In this document: one piece after another, positions 38,270-49,214 of the stretch
How positions within the stretch are numbered: position 1 is the stretch's first letter
Layout: each line of letters begins with the position of its first letter
DNA from: Diplonema japonicum
Lineage: Eukaryota > Protista > Euglenozoa: Diplonemea
Assembly (NCBI GenBank): GCA_964019335.1
Contig: OZ025662.1
Location: 682,001 to 746,000 of the forward strand
Reading direction: 5' to 3'
DNA length: 64,000 bases
The notes under the pieces: generated by a model
Told to the model about the DNA's origin: nothing
The model's database searches: none
The model's input: the letters and a program-made list of their open reading frames with translations, nothing else
Position numbers and translations under genes: made by a program

Positions 38270-39850
38270 ATGGTGAAAATAAAGTTGAAGCACGAGAAGA
38301 CGAAATATGAGCTGGATGTGGACACTGCCGCGGGGATAGAGGTGCTGCGGGCACAGATTCAAAGCACGACTGGCGTGCCTGGTGACAGGCAGAAGATCGT
38401 TATTAAGGGCAAGGAGCTGAAGGAGGGTGACGATCTGGCATCGAAAATCACCCCCAACCTGGTGGCCATGTTGATGGGGAGTGCCGAGGCCGTGCCTGAG
38501 AAGCCGAAGGAGGAGCACAAGTTCATTGAAGATGTGGCTGGTTCAGCAGTCGTTGACATGAGGCCACCCGGTCTGAATAACCTCGACAACACATGCTACC
38601 TGAACGCCTCTGTGCAGTGCTTCAAGATGATCCCCGAGCTCAGGAAGAAGCTTGATGAAGTTAAGGCGCCTCCCACACCATCGCAGGAGGGGTATGACAA
38701 GTCACACACACACACACGCACACAGGGTGCTCGCCATGTTGAAGGCGCTGTACGCTGAGATCGAAAAGAACAAGTCCGGGGAGCCTGTGACACCCATGAT
38801 GTTCGTCATGATGTGCCGTGCCTTCTGGCCGCAGTTCGACCAGCAGGTACAGGGGAGATATGCTCAGCAGGACGCTGAGGAATACTGCGGCGAGCTGATG
38901 CAGGCCTTCTCTGTCCTGAAGGACAAGGACACCGACATGGACCTGTGCCAGCAGCTGTTCGAAGGTGAGTACGAAGAGATCTCTGCGTGCAAGGAACCCG
39001 GCGCAGAGGCAGAGCCACCCACCACCAACTACAGCACCTTCCGCATCATGAGGTGCACGCTGGACACGGACACGACCACTGTGGAGGCAGGCCTCGAGAG
39101 GGCGATGATCCAGGAGCGTGAGAAGACCTCACCGACATTGGGGAGGAACGCTATTTACACAGTGACCGCAAAGCTGAACAGGCTGCCAACGTACTTGTGG
39201 ATCAATCTGGTGAGGTTCGAGTGGAGGAAGGACATTGGGAAGAAGACTAAGAAGCTCAGGAAGATCGTGTTCCCGTTCAGGCTGGACGCCTTCACGCTGT
39301 GCAGCGACGGGTTCAAAGAGAGGATGAAGGACTCCCGTGAGCAGCTGAAGGACGAGAGGGACAAGGTGCTGGAAGCGAAGAGAAAAGACAAACAAGAGAA
39401 GAGGGACAAACCTGCTGAAGAACTGAAAAAAGAAGGAGACACCGTGATGGCACAGAGTGTTGATGGGGAGAAGAAGGACGAAGACGCTGTGATGGCAGAG
39501 GCACCCATCGAAATAGGCAACAACAATGCTTACTACGACCTGTGCGGCATCGTGACTCACAGGGGGAGGGATGCTGACTCGGGGCATTACATCGGCTGGA
39601 CCCTGCAGGACGACGGGAAATGGATGTGTTTTGATGACCACAAGGTGACACAGGTCACTGAGGACAAGATCAAGGTATGCGCGTGGTGTACCTTATTCGA
39701 TAATATAAATTTACCTTTTTTTTTTTTTTTTTGCAGGAGCTTGCTGGTGGTGGCGAGTCTGACAGCGCTTACCTCCTTCTCTACAGGTCCAAAGACCCGG
39801 TATGTTCGGGGAGGCAAAAAAAAATTTCCTTCCCCCTATAAAAAAAAAAG

Positions 39851-39881
<31 letters not shown>

Positions 39882-39912
39882 ATAGGCTGGTAAGAGTGCT
39901 GGTATCTTCTAG
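38270..39912 (+). CDS. USP14: Proteasome-associated deubiquitinase USP14/Ubp6
   Basis: N-terminal UBL (TGVPGDRQK..IKG), Cys box GLNNLDNTCYLNA, QQDAEE, His box THRGRDADSGHYIGW and ELAGGGE. Introns 38692-38725, 39675-39736 and 39800-39885. Confidence 0.93.
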
Positions 39913-40631
39913 GATTAAAAAAAAAAAGAAAAAAAAAGGTTTTTGGAGTGTTTTTTTTTTTAGAAAGTGTTTTTATTTTATTTTATTTGTCTTAAGATTA
40001 TTATCCCTCTCTTTTTGTTGTTATCTAGCCTTTCTAATGCAACATGGAATAATGGTTGGTGTGGCTTTTTTTTTTTTTGAGGAAAAAGAAAATAAAGGAA
40101 AAAAAAACACCACCTCCCCCCTTTTTTTAAATAAGAACCAAGTAGAGGAAGTTAGACTTTTTTTCCCCCCTGGTTCAGATTTCTTTTTTTTTTTTTAAAG
40201 GTTAACTACGGAGGAAGGCACAAAGATACCGGGGAGGGCAGCAGGGGGAAAGGGGAGAGAAGAATAAGCACCAAAGTAGCAACGGTATAACAAAGACCTA
40301 GCTTTCCAAAGAAGTAAAAGAATTAAAATGTACACTAGAAATGAAGAAAGCGATCGGACTCTTGTATCTGGCTTTTCTTTTTTCTTTTTTTAACAAGATC
40401 CCCAGTCGCGGTGGGCACCAACCAGCGCACTGCAAAAGACAATAAAATCGAGTATATATTTTTTTTCTCTCTCTTCTTCAGTCTGTTGCATCTGTCATAA
40501 GCATAAGTGCAAACTCCGTCCTTCTTACACCTGCATTCTTTCTCTTTTTCTTCTTTTTTTTTTTATATTTATTTTACGCATGAGAATATTACCTAAAAGG
40601 GAAGACCAAAAAAGAAAAAAGGAAGAAAAAA

Positions 40632-41486
40632 ATGGAGTTGTGGATGATAGGCCACACGAACCTGTTCAGACTGACAGGCGACATCTTGCATCTAATCAGC
40701 GTCCTGATCGTATTGCAGAAGATGCTGAAAATGAGAAGCTGTACTGGCCTGTCTTTGAAGTCCCAGCTCGCCTACGCTATCGTTTTCACAACAAGGTACA
40801 TCCCATCCTTCAGCTTTGATAGCACGGTATGAGCAAGGGGGGAAAGAAAAAAAAAAAAGAAATTTCCATCCCAACAGCTTTACGTCATTTTCATGAAGCT
40901 CTTCTTCCTGCTGAGCTCATGGTACATAGTATTCTTGATCAGAACAAGGAACCCGTGGAAGGTATTTTTTATTTTCCTTAAAAAGAAGATTTTTTTTTAT
41001 AGGCCACCTATGATGAGAGACTCGATTCATTCAAGATGCGCTACCTAATCGTGCCCTGTGTGATCCTTGCCTTCATCTTCCATTACGATAGGCCTCACCA
41101 TCAGATAGCAGAGCTCCTTTGGACTTTCTCGCAGTACCTCGAAGCCGTTGCAATCATCCCTCAGCTGTCCCTACTTACAGTTGTCCTTGAGCAGGGCAGA
41201 AAGTGGGAGCTTCTCACCGGTCACTACGTCTTCGCGCTCGGGATGTACAGGGCCTTCTACGTGATGAACTGGGTATGCAAAAAAAAAAAAAAAAAAAAAA
41301 AAAACGAAAAAAGATTATTTTATTTTTTATCAGATCTACCGCTACTGGACAGAGGGCCACTGGAATTGGGTGGATTCTACCTCGGGCATCATCCAGACCT
41401 TCCTGTACTCTGAGTTCTTCTACAAGTACCTCCAGGGGATCAAGGAGCTTCGGAAAGAGGGGCTCCCCACGCACATGATGGATTGA
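40632..41486 (+). CDS. ERD2: ER lumen protein-retaining (KDEL/HDEL) receptor
   Basis: NLFRLTGDILHL, SCTGLSLKSQ, WTFSQYLEAVAIIPQL and HYVFALGMYRAFY. Introns 40827-40877, 40962-41002 and 41273-41333. Confidence 0.93.
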
Positions 41487-41991
41487 GAGGGAAAAGGAAG
41501 AAGAATATAAAAGAAAAAGAACCGGCTTGTTTTTTTTTCTTTCTTTTTTTTTTTTTTTCCAGGAAGGGAAGGTGGGGAGACAAAGAATGAAGAGAGAGGC
41601 AAAGCCTTGGGCCGGCTGTCATCAGCTATTGCGCCACCGAGCGGCTCACTCCAAATGTGTCGCCTGAGAACACCCACCCCACCCTGTGTACTTTATGGTA
41701 CATTTGGAGCAGACTGTGGTGGTCGTACGTTAAAGGATCGATTTTTTTTGTCCCCCTTTTTTTTTCCTTTAGTAATTTTTTTTTTCCTGTGGCTGCACGC
41801 CAGCAGATAGCCAACACGGCATATCTCCTGTGCTGCCTTCGTAGTGTTCTTCGGCATAAGGTGTGTCTCTGGAGGTTAAGAGAGATGTGGCGGCTAGTGT
41901 GCTGGTGATCATGTAAGGTTTCTTTTTTTTTTTTTATCGGTTATTTTATGTACTTCTGTCCATTCTGTCTTCAGCACTACGCAGTGTGAAC

Positions 41992-42520
41992 ATGCCGGCG
42001 CCACAGCTTTCTGCCCTTGCGATCATAAGCAAGAAAGGCACACCAATCTTCACTGTTGTGTACGGGGACGTGAGTGATGAGGATGCACTGTGGCTGCAGT
42101 GTACCATGGTGTGCAGCCTTGACTCTCTAGAGGAAAAGGTGAAAGGAGTGCTGAGCACAGCAGCGATGCAAGATAGAAAGACGCCGCAGGTAGACAAGTA
42201 TGCCCTCTTGCCTTACCACACCACACTTCACAGCAAATATCTCGGGTTCATTATGCCCGCAACAGAGTACCGTGTGTACGGGTCGACATCCAACACAATG
42301 GTGAAGCTCCTCGCCATCACAAAAGGCGAGTGCCGAGAGCAGGAACTGAAGACGATACTTAAGTCTTTGCACGACGTCTACAGCCGCTACGTATGTCCTT
42401 CCCCCACCTTATTCCTCTCAGGTGTGCAACCCATTCTACGAGTTCGATACTGAGATAACTTCCACTAACTTCCACAAACAAGTCGACCAGATAGTGAAGG
42501 ACACCCCCCTCCGCGTCTAG
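41992..42520 (+). CDS. Sedlin-family TRAPP subunit (TRAPPC2L-like)
   Basis: LAIISKKGTPIF, SLDSLEEK, YLG and YRVYG..SNT.VK. An intron at 42391-42421 gives the family ending VCNPFY. Confidence 0.82.
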
Positions 42521-42579
42521 CCTCAGTCCAGTGTACCGTTATTTGTTGGAAGCCTGCCAGCAGCCTCCGCGCAGGTAAC

Positions 42580-43563
42580 ATGGAGAGCGTGGTGCCCGCA
42601 GTGCTGGCAGGCGTGGCGGAGGCAGTCACAGTGCAACCGCTGGACATGGTGAAGACGCGGATGCAGCTCAGCACTGTGAGGATAAGCATGCGGCAGGCTG
42701 GGTTGGAGGTGTGGCACAGGGGTTTCGGGGGCTTCTACCGAGGGGGCGGGGTCGAGATGGGGAGCATAGTGGTTGCAAGGGGGACGTGCTTCCTAGTGTA
42801 CGATGCTCTGGAGCTGCTTGGGGCACGCAATGAAGTGGTGAAGGGGGCAGTGGCTGGGGGCGTGGAGGCTGTGGTTGTGACGCCATTGCAGGTGGTGAAG
42901 GTGAGGATGCAGAGCAAGGCATTTTTGACTAAGTACCAAAATCCCTACCAATGTACTATGCTGACTCTGAAAGAGGAAGGCCCACGTGCTTTCGCATCAG
43001 GCTTGCAGGCAACCATCCTACGGAATTGCGTGTGGACTGCTGGCTACTTCTCGCTGATGGCGCAGCTCACTTTCCTTCCAATTTCCGTCTCAGGCTTCGT
43101 GGCAGGTGCTGCCTCTGCTGCCTTGAACGCACCCTTTGACGTCATCAAATCCGTCCAGCAGGAGGCTGTGCACAAGCAGTCTGTCTTCAAGACTGCTGCC
43201 GCCATCCTCGCACACGGGGGGCCCCTAGGCCTGTACAAGGGTGTGCTACCCAAGATCCTCCGCATGGGGGTTGGGGGGTCGGTGAGTATAACAATGTTGA
43301 AGTACGCTAAAACCTTTTTTGAAGTTTGCTTTTTTTCGCGACACGAACAAACTATATCAAATGCACAAAAACAGAACCTAAAGAAAAAAGAAAAAGATCT
43401 TAACAAACACAATGATGCAGCCCATGCAGTTCGTGATGCCCCAGCAAATGATGCAGCAGCAGATGTTGCCCCAACAGATGATGCAGCAGCAGATGATGCC
43501 TCAACAAATGGTGCAGCAGCAGATGATGATGGTTGCAACCCCGGTATGTTGCACAAGCCGTAG
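42580..43563 (+). CDS. Mitochondrial carrier protein (SLC25; resembles oxodicarboxylate carriers); the true stop is probably near 43330-43400
   Basis: Three carrier signatures: PLDMVKTRMQ, PLQVVKVRMQ and PFDVIKSVQQ. The ORF tail beyond about 43325 overlaps the next gene and is doubtful. Confidence 0.85.
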   Translation: MESVVPAVLAGVAEAVTVQPLDMVKTRMQLSTVRISMRQAGLEVWHRGFGGFYRGGGVEMGSIVVARGTCFLVYDALELLGARNEVVKGAVAGGVEAVVVTPLQVVKVRMQSKAFLTKYQNPYQCTMLTLKEEGPRAFASGLQATILRNCVWTAGYFSLMAQLTFLPISVSGFVAGAASAALNAPFDVIKSVQQEAVHKQSVFKTAAAILAHGGPLGLYKGVLPKILRMGVGGSVSITMLKYAKTFFEVCFFSRHEQTISNAQKQNLKKKEKDLNKHNDAAHAVRDAPANDAAADVAPTDDAAADDASTNGAAADDDGCNPGMLHKP

Positions 43564-44432
43564 CACAAGAAGAAAAAAAAAAACAGAACGGTAACCAGGC
43601 CATGATGGTGCCTGTGATGTGTGTTCCCCAGCAGCCAATGATGTTGATGCCGTCCCTGCAAACGGTTGACTTGAAGACAGGTCTGCAGCACCCTTTGATG
43701 AAGTGCGTGGACAACATTTCGCTGGAAGCGAGGAGCCACGAGGTGTCCAGCGACCACACCTCCAGCACAACTGAGGAGCTTGTGACACCGGTTCACAACC
43801 AGCAGCAGGGCAACAGCAGCGTGGCGGTTCTGTCTGCTATTCTAAGGGCATCTGGCAACACGCCTGTGACGGGTTTGGCTGGCGCACTTGCGAAGAGGCT
43901 GCGCAACAAGCAGGAAGTGGTGATCGAGGCGATGGGCCCAACGAGCGTAGCACAGGCGATGAGGGCCATGATCTTGGCAAGGAGCTTCCTGTTCCAGGAG
44001 GGCATCATGATCACGGGGAACAGTGACTTCATGTTTGCCCCGAGCAGGGAAGCAGGGTCTGTGTCCCCCCACCCAGGGCTTCGCTTCACGGTTAACGGAG
44101 TGCAAACACCTCAAGAGGAGCCGAAGTACGATGACACCCTGAACATCACAGACGAGAGTGTTGTAGGGAAGGCTGCAGGTGCCATCTCCAAGCTGGTGAG
44201 GAGCACCGGGTCAAGGGGAGGAGTGCTTGGTCTCACGTTCGGTCCCTCTCCAGGGGCCATCAACTTGGCTGCCAAGGCCATCACGCTCTCTCGTGCAATG
44301 CTCGTTGAGGACAACCTTGATATCAAAATCCAGCCCATGATGCCCAAGTCTGTTTATGGCTCGAGGATCCAGCCAGAAGAACAGGTCCTTGAATTTGCCG
44401 TGACTACCTACATCAGGTCTTTGCAAAACTGA
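43412..44432 (+). CDS. Tandem SpoVS (Alba-like fold) domain protein with Met/Gln-rich low-complexity N-terminus
   Basis: Intron 43544-43586. Domain 1, ILRASGNTPVTGLAGALAKRLR..VVIEAMGPTSVAQAMRAMILARSFL, matches bacterial SpoVS (LKVS..S.P..VAGALA..LR....EIQAIGAGA.NQAVKA.AIARGF). A second copy reads KAAGAISKLVR...GAINLAAKAITLSR. Confidence 0.75.
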
Positions 44433-46321
44433 TACCTGTGAGCAGCTGTCTCACTCTGGACTGCCTGGGGTTTCCCGTTGCAGCCTTCACTGAAACCTTT
44501 ATTTTTTTTTTTCCCTTCCATATTTTGTTCTTCTCTCCTTTTATTATTATTCCTTCCTTTGCCTTTTTTTCTCCCCCCCCCCTCCTCGAGTTTGTTTTCT
44601 TTTTTTTTCTTTTTTTTTCTTTTCAGGTTTTTTTTCTTTTCTTTGTTATCTACCTTTTTTTTTTAAATGCTGCTGTGTCAAGGCTCTGATGCACCTCGTC
44701 CAGTAGGAAGAAAGGTATTTTCTTTTTTTTTCCTTCCTTTTTTTTCACCTTAACATATCCTTTTTTTTTTTTTTGCTATAAAGAAATTCGAAAGAAGATG
44801 AAAAAGAAGAAGACGAAGGTTAGAAACAACAAAAGAAAAAGAAGAAGGAAAAGGAAGAGGTAAGCAATTCCTCCTGACTGACCAGAAGTACGAACGACTG
44901 TTGGAAAAAAAAAAAAACAGGGGTGCTTTGGGCTTTTCTTAATCTTTCTTTATAAGCCCTCCTGATTTTGCCGGCTTTGGCCCGTTTTTTTGGATTTACT
45001 TTATATTGGATGCTAGGGGAATGGCTACTCGTGGTGCCCTGCTCCTGTTTGGCCCCCGCCTTGGCGTTCAGTGACCATGCAACATTTTTTTTTTTTGATG
45101 TAGTAAAGACCGTGGGCTGGCATGTGGCTGTATTCGAGAGGGTTTGATTTTTTTTTTTCCCTTCTTCTTTTCTTTTTTATACTTTTTTTTTTTTCATTTT
45201 TTTTTTCTTCAGTATCTTTTCGTTCTCTTTTCCTCTTTTTCTTTTTTCTTTTTCCATCCAAGACGCCTTTTCTAAGGTCAGGGTTGAGGGGGTGGGAGGG
45301 GGTCTTGACAACTGATGATGCCCTCTCTACAGAGGAACAAGAATAATTTAAGAACACTGCAGGCAACAAAGAGAACAAAGAATCTGCACTGAGAAGGGTC
45401 TTAGGTGTCTCCTCCTCCGCCTCCTTTTTTTTTTTTTTTTTGACACCTTCTTATTTTGTAAAACTAGCATAGGATTGAAAGATAAGGGGAGGGGAAAGTC
45501 CTTCTCTTTCTTTTTTTCTTTTCGAAAAGCCTTTCTGAGGCCACTGGGAGACAGTGGTGGGAAAATATTTTTTTTTAACCATTAAATAAGTTTTTAGAGG
45601 CGCGAGGGCTCACGCGGGCAGTGCTGATCACCCAGATGGTCGGGGGTGCCACACGGGGACACTTAACTAGCACCAGCTGGGAGAGCGAAATCACTCAGTC
45701 TCTGCAAGCCTTTTTTTCCCCAAAACCCGTCCTTTAATGGTTAAAAAGAAGAAAAAAAAAAAGAAATATATTATACTGTCCTTTCTTCTCATTCTCTATT
45801 TTTTTTTTTTTTTTTTTTTACTAAGAATTGTTTCTTTATTTTTATTCTTTATTCTACATTTCTATTTTCTTTTCTCCCTTCCTTTCCCCCTCCCTGAATT
45901 TAACAAGATGAAAAAAAAAAACAAAAAAAAAAGTTTTAAGAAAAAAAGAGCCCTTAGGAGCTCTGTGCAAGGGCTCATCTTTTCCCCCTTTCTTCTTTTC
46001 TCGACAGGGTGGGAAAGACAAAAGCAAAAAAAAGAAAAAAAAAGACAAAAAGAAAAGAAAAAGAAGTAACTAACACAGGGTCGGAAGAAATTAACAATTT
46101 TCTTGGACCCGGAGAACGAAAAGAAAAGAAAAGAAAAAAAGAAGAGAGCGGTCTGCAACATCCACTTCTTTTTCGCTTACTTTAAGAAGATGCCATAAAA
46201 GAAGGGGGAAAAAAAAAAAAAAAGGAAGAAAAAAAAAAGAAAACCCAATGTTTATGACTCTGGTTCAGTCACAACTTAAGCAGAGAAAAGAGAGGGAAAA
46301 AATAATCCAATTTAAATTTAA

Positions 46322-46601
46322 CCCATAAAGGGCCGCTGTTTTTGGTCTAAAAAGTCGATTTTGAACTTTTCGTTCTGACAATAATAAATGGCAAAGGGTG
46401 GAGTTATAAGGTGTCTAACCATAAGATTGCGCCCTTTAGCCATTCTGCCCACCCGCGATAGCCTCTTAATAGGGCCGCTCTGTATAGCACTAAAGATGCC
46501 TTAGCAGAATTAAAAAGTTTTTTGCGGGCCGTTGCTAACCACTTCGTTCCTATCATGGTGAATTTTTTTTTGACTGATAAATTAACTCCAGTCCTTTATG
46601 G

Positions 46602-46602
<1 letters not shown>
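46322..46602. mobile_element. Possible piggyBac-like MITE
   Basis: 10-bp inverted termini CCCATAAAGG / CCTTTATGGG, flanked by TTAA on the left and TTTA on the right. Confidence 0.4.
46524..46571 (+). repeat. T-tailed short repeat, family D, copy 1
   Basis: GCGGGCCGTTGCTAACCACTTCGTTCCTATCAT(G/A)GTGAA plus a T run; second copy at 47618-47663. Confidence 0.7.
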
Positions 46603-46659
<57 letters not shown>

Positions 46660-47617
46660 AAACGCTGTAAAAAACGAAAAAAGAAGACTGATAAATGTTC
46701 TGGAATTTTTTCAGGCCAAACCATTTTGTGTCTAGAGATAAGTTGACGACTGGAAAAGTGTTTTTTTTTTCTTTTTTTTTTTTTTTTTTGCTGTGGGAAT
46801 TGGTCAGTCCTGATGGCTTCCGTTCGGCGTTTGTCAAGTCCCATATTTTTCACTTTACAGATAAAAAAAAGAAAAAAAAAGATTTCTTGTCAGCTTGCCA
46901 ACTTTTTTTTTTCCCCCTCTTCCTTTTCTTCCCCATGAGGGAATGGAAAAGAAAACCCGGCTTTTTGACGGTTTATTTTTCGCCCTCAAGGGAGTTGAAA
47001 AGCCCCCCCTCTTTTGTGTGAGGCAGCTCCTCACACTATAAAAAAAAAAAAAAAAAAAAGAAAGTTTTAATAAAATTTTAGATTTCGGGGAAAAGAACTT
47101 TTAGGGAACACTGCTGCGCGGGAGCAAAAAAAAAAAAGTTTTTTTTTTTTTTTTTTGGAAACAACTGTACCCGAGATTGTGTACCCCTTTCGTATGCTGT
47201 TTTTAGTCATTGTTTTGTAGTACTGCAGGGAGGTGACGATGAAGGAGGAGGCACCACACCAAAACAGCCGGAGGGGTTGGGGACAAGGTCACGGGTCAGA
47301 TTTTATGCTATGCGGGGAATATAAGCCCCTAGGTGCATGTGTAAAAAGAAAAAATAAATAAAAAATGAAATCTTACCTCCCTTTTTTTTTTTTTTTTCGC
47401 CCATCGTTGGGTCCACTTGTGGGGAGCTTCGACTTTTTGCTCAGAGGCTCGGCACAAACATTGCATTAAAAAAAAAGGAGGGGGGAACATCTCGTGTTGA
47501 GATAGCAGCATAATCGCATATTAAATGGAGTAACCAAACATCTCTTCTCTTCAAAAAGCTTTTTTGTGCAGGGAACGACCCAACAAGGGAGCATCATAAG
47601 GTAGGCACGCCACCGCG

Positions 47618-47663
47618 GCGGGCCGTTGCTAACCACTTCGTTCCTATCATAGTGAATTTTTTT
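47618..47663 (+). repeat. T-tailed short repeat, family D, copy 2
   Basis: One mismatch to 46524-46562; followed by a T run. Confidence 0.7.
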
Positions 47664-47969
47664 CTTTGCGACAAAGTAATCAGCTTTGGCAGGCTCTTTT
47701 TTTATTTTTTTTTACACAGGGATGCTCTCTCTTCGCCCGTGGAGAGATCTAGAATCGAAAAAAAAAAAAAAAAAAAGAAAGTGAGCAAGAAGTTTGAATT
47801 TTAACTGTAAAACATGAAAGAGGGCGTGGGTAGACGGGCCCTATATTTCTCCTTGGGGACCCGTGTTTCCTCCCCCCTTTTTTTTATCTTTCTTCCTCTT
47901 CCTCTCTTTTCTAAGGGGTGTTTTCGCAGCTTTACTTTTACTCATCGTTTTTTATTTTATTTTATTTCC

Positions 47970-48012
47970 AAAGGGCGCCGCCAACACCGGCCTCCTTTAA
48001 CTCATATATTTT
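47970..48012 (+). repeat. Retroelement 3'-end relic, family B, copy 1
   Basis: AAAGGGCGCCGCCAACACCGGCCTCCTTTAACTCATATAT, identical to 49167-49206. Confidence 0.75.
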
Positions 48013-49006
48013 ATTTTATTTTATTTTTTTTATCCTTCACGTTTCAAGCAAAGGAATAAGTAGCCTTTCTGAGATCCCCTCTTTTTTTTCTCTCTCTCTT
48101 TTTTTTGTTTTATTGTTATTATTTTAAAAAAAGAGGGGAAAAAAAAGTAAAGAAGACATCACGGCGCAACAGGGTTCCACTGCTCGTTCCCTTCTTAGCT
48201 GAAGATCTGTCATTCCGCATTTGAGCAGTAAGTCTATCTTGAAAAAGTGGCACATGATGCATATAAAAATGAACGCCTTTTTTTTCTTTTTTTGAGCTCG
48301 GCGGAGAGCCAAGAGGCAGAGCCGTGTATAGCATGTGGCCCCTTAATGTTACAAGATTGAATTATATATATATATTTTTTTTTTTATCTTCTTCCTCCCC
48401 TCGAGAACACGAAAATAAATAATTTGGCTCTGCTTCTTATTTTTTTCTCCCTTTTTTTTTTTTTTTAAAAAAAAAGGCACGATTGGGAAAAGCACCATCA
48501 GGCAGGTGCGTGCTAACCCATGCCGCCTGACTAATTTCTTTCTTCTTCTTTGGAAGACAAGAATACTGTAAAAAGAAAAAAGGTAGGAGGGGGGTAAGAA
48601 GAAGAAAAAAAGGAATTGCCTATATGTGGTACTACGCCTTTGAGTGGCCCATTCTTTTTTTTCTTCTCATTTTTTTTTCTTCATTTTCTTCTTCCCGCTT
48701 CTTCTGGAATACAATAGAAAAAGCGTTCTAGGACTGCCTTTCATTTTTTTTCTTTTTTTTTTGAATTTTCTTCCCCCCCCCCTCCCCCCTAATTAACCCC
48801 CTAAGGAGGGGGGCACCATCAGCCATACAGAATTTTTGGAAAAGGCCAACGTGCCTGTGTGAAGTCTTTTATTTTTATTTTTGATACTTACAAAAAAAAA
48901 AAAAGAAAAAATGAATCAAAAGCCTCTCTCGGAGCCCGATAAAAATTGGGGGGGGACGGAAAAAATGGCAATTTTCAAATTTTCCGGGCCAATATATATT
49001 TTTTCA

Positions 49007-49049
49007 GGGGCGTCTCACAAAGACTTCCTTTAACTCATATATATATTTT
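49007..49049 (+). repeat. 3'-end relic of the LINE at 501-3992 (family A)
   Basis: GGGGCGTCTCACAAAGACTTCCTTTAACTCATATATAT, identical to 3927-3964. Confidence 0.85.
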
Positions 49050-49166
49050 CTTGGTGAGCTGGTTAGCATTTTTTTTTCTCTCTTTTTTTCCCCCCCTCCC
49101 GAAAAAAACGGCAACAAATTATTTTTCAAAAAAAGAAAAAAAAGGTGGAATGACTTTTTATTTTTT

Positions 49167-49214
49167 AAAGGGCGCCGCCAACACCGGCCTCCTTTAACTC
49201 ATATATATTTTTTT
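49167..49214 (+). repeat. Retroelement 3'-end relic, family B, copy 2
   Basis: Identical to 47970-48009; followed by a T run. Confidence 0.75.

Noticed and set aside
43325-43563. Overlap of the mitochondrial carrier ORF tail with the SpoVS gene (similarly 62256-62368, PPR-like with LRR)
   Set aside because: The tail is an off-frame reading of the MQQ repeat. An unrecognised intron or a homopolymer indel is more likely than a true overlapping gene; unresolved without cDNA.
48829-48840. AATTTTTGG, an Sm-site-like motif
   Set aside because: No recognisable snRNA or spliced-leader sequence nearby; expected by chance in T-rich DNA.
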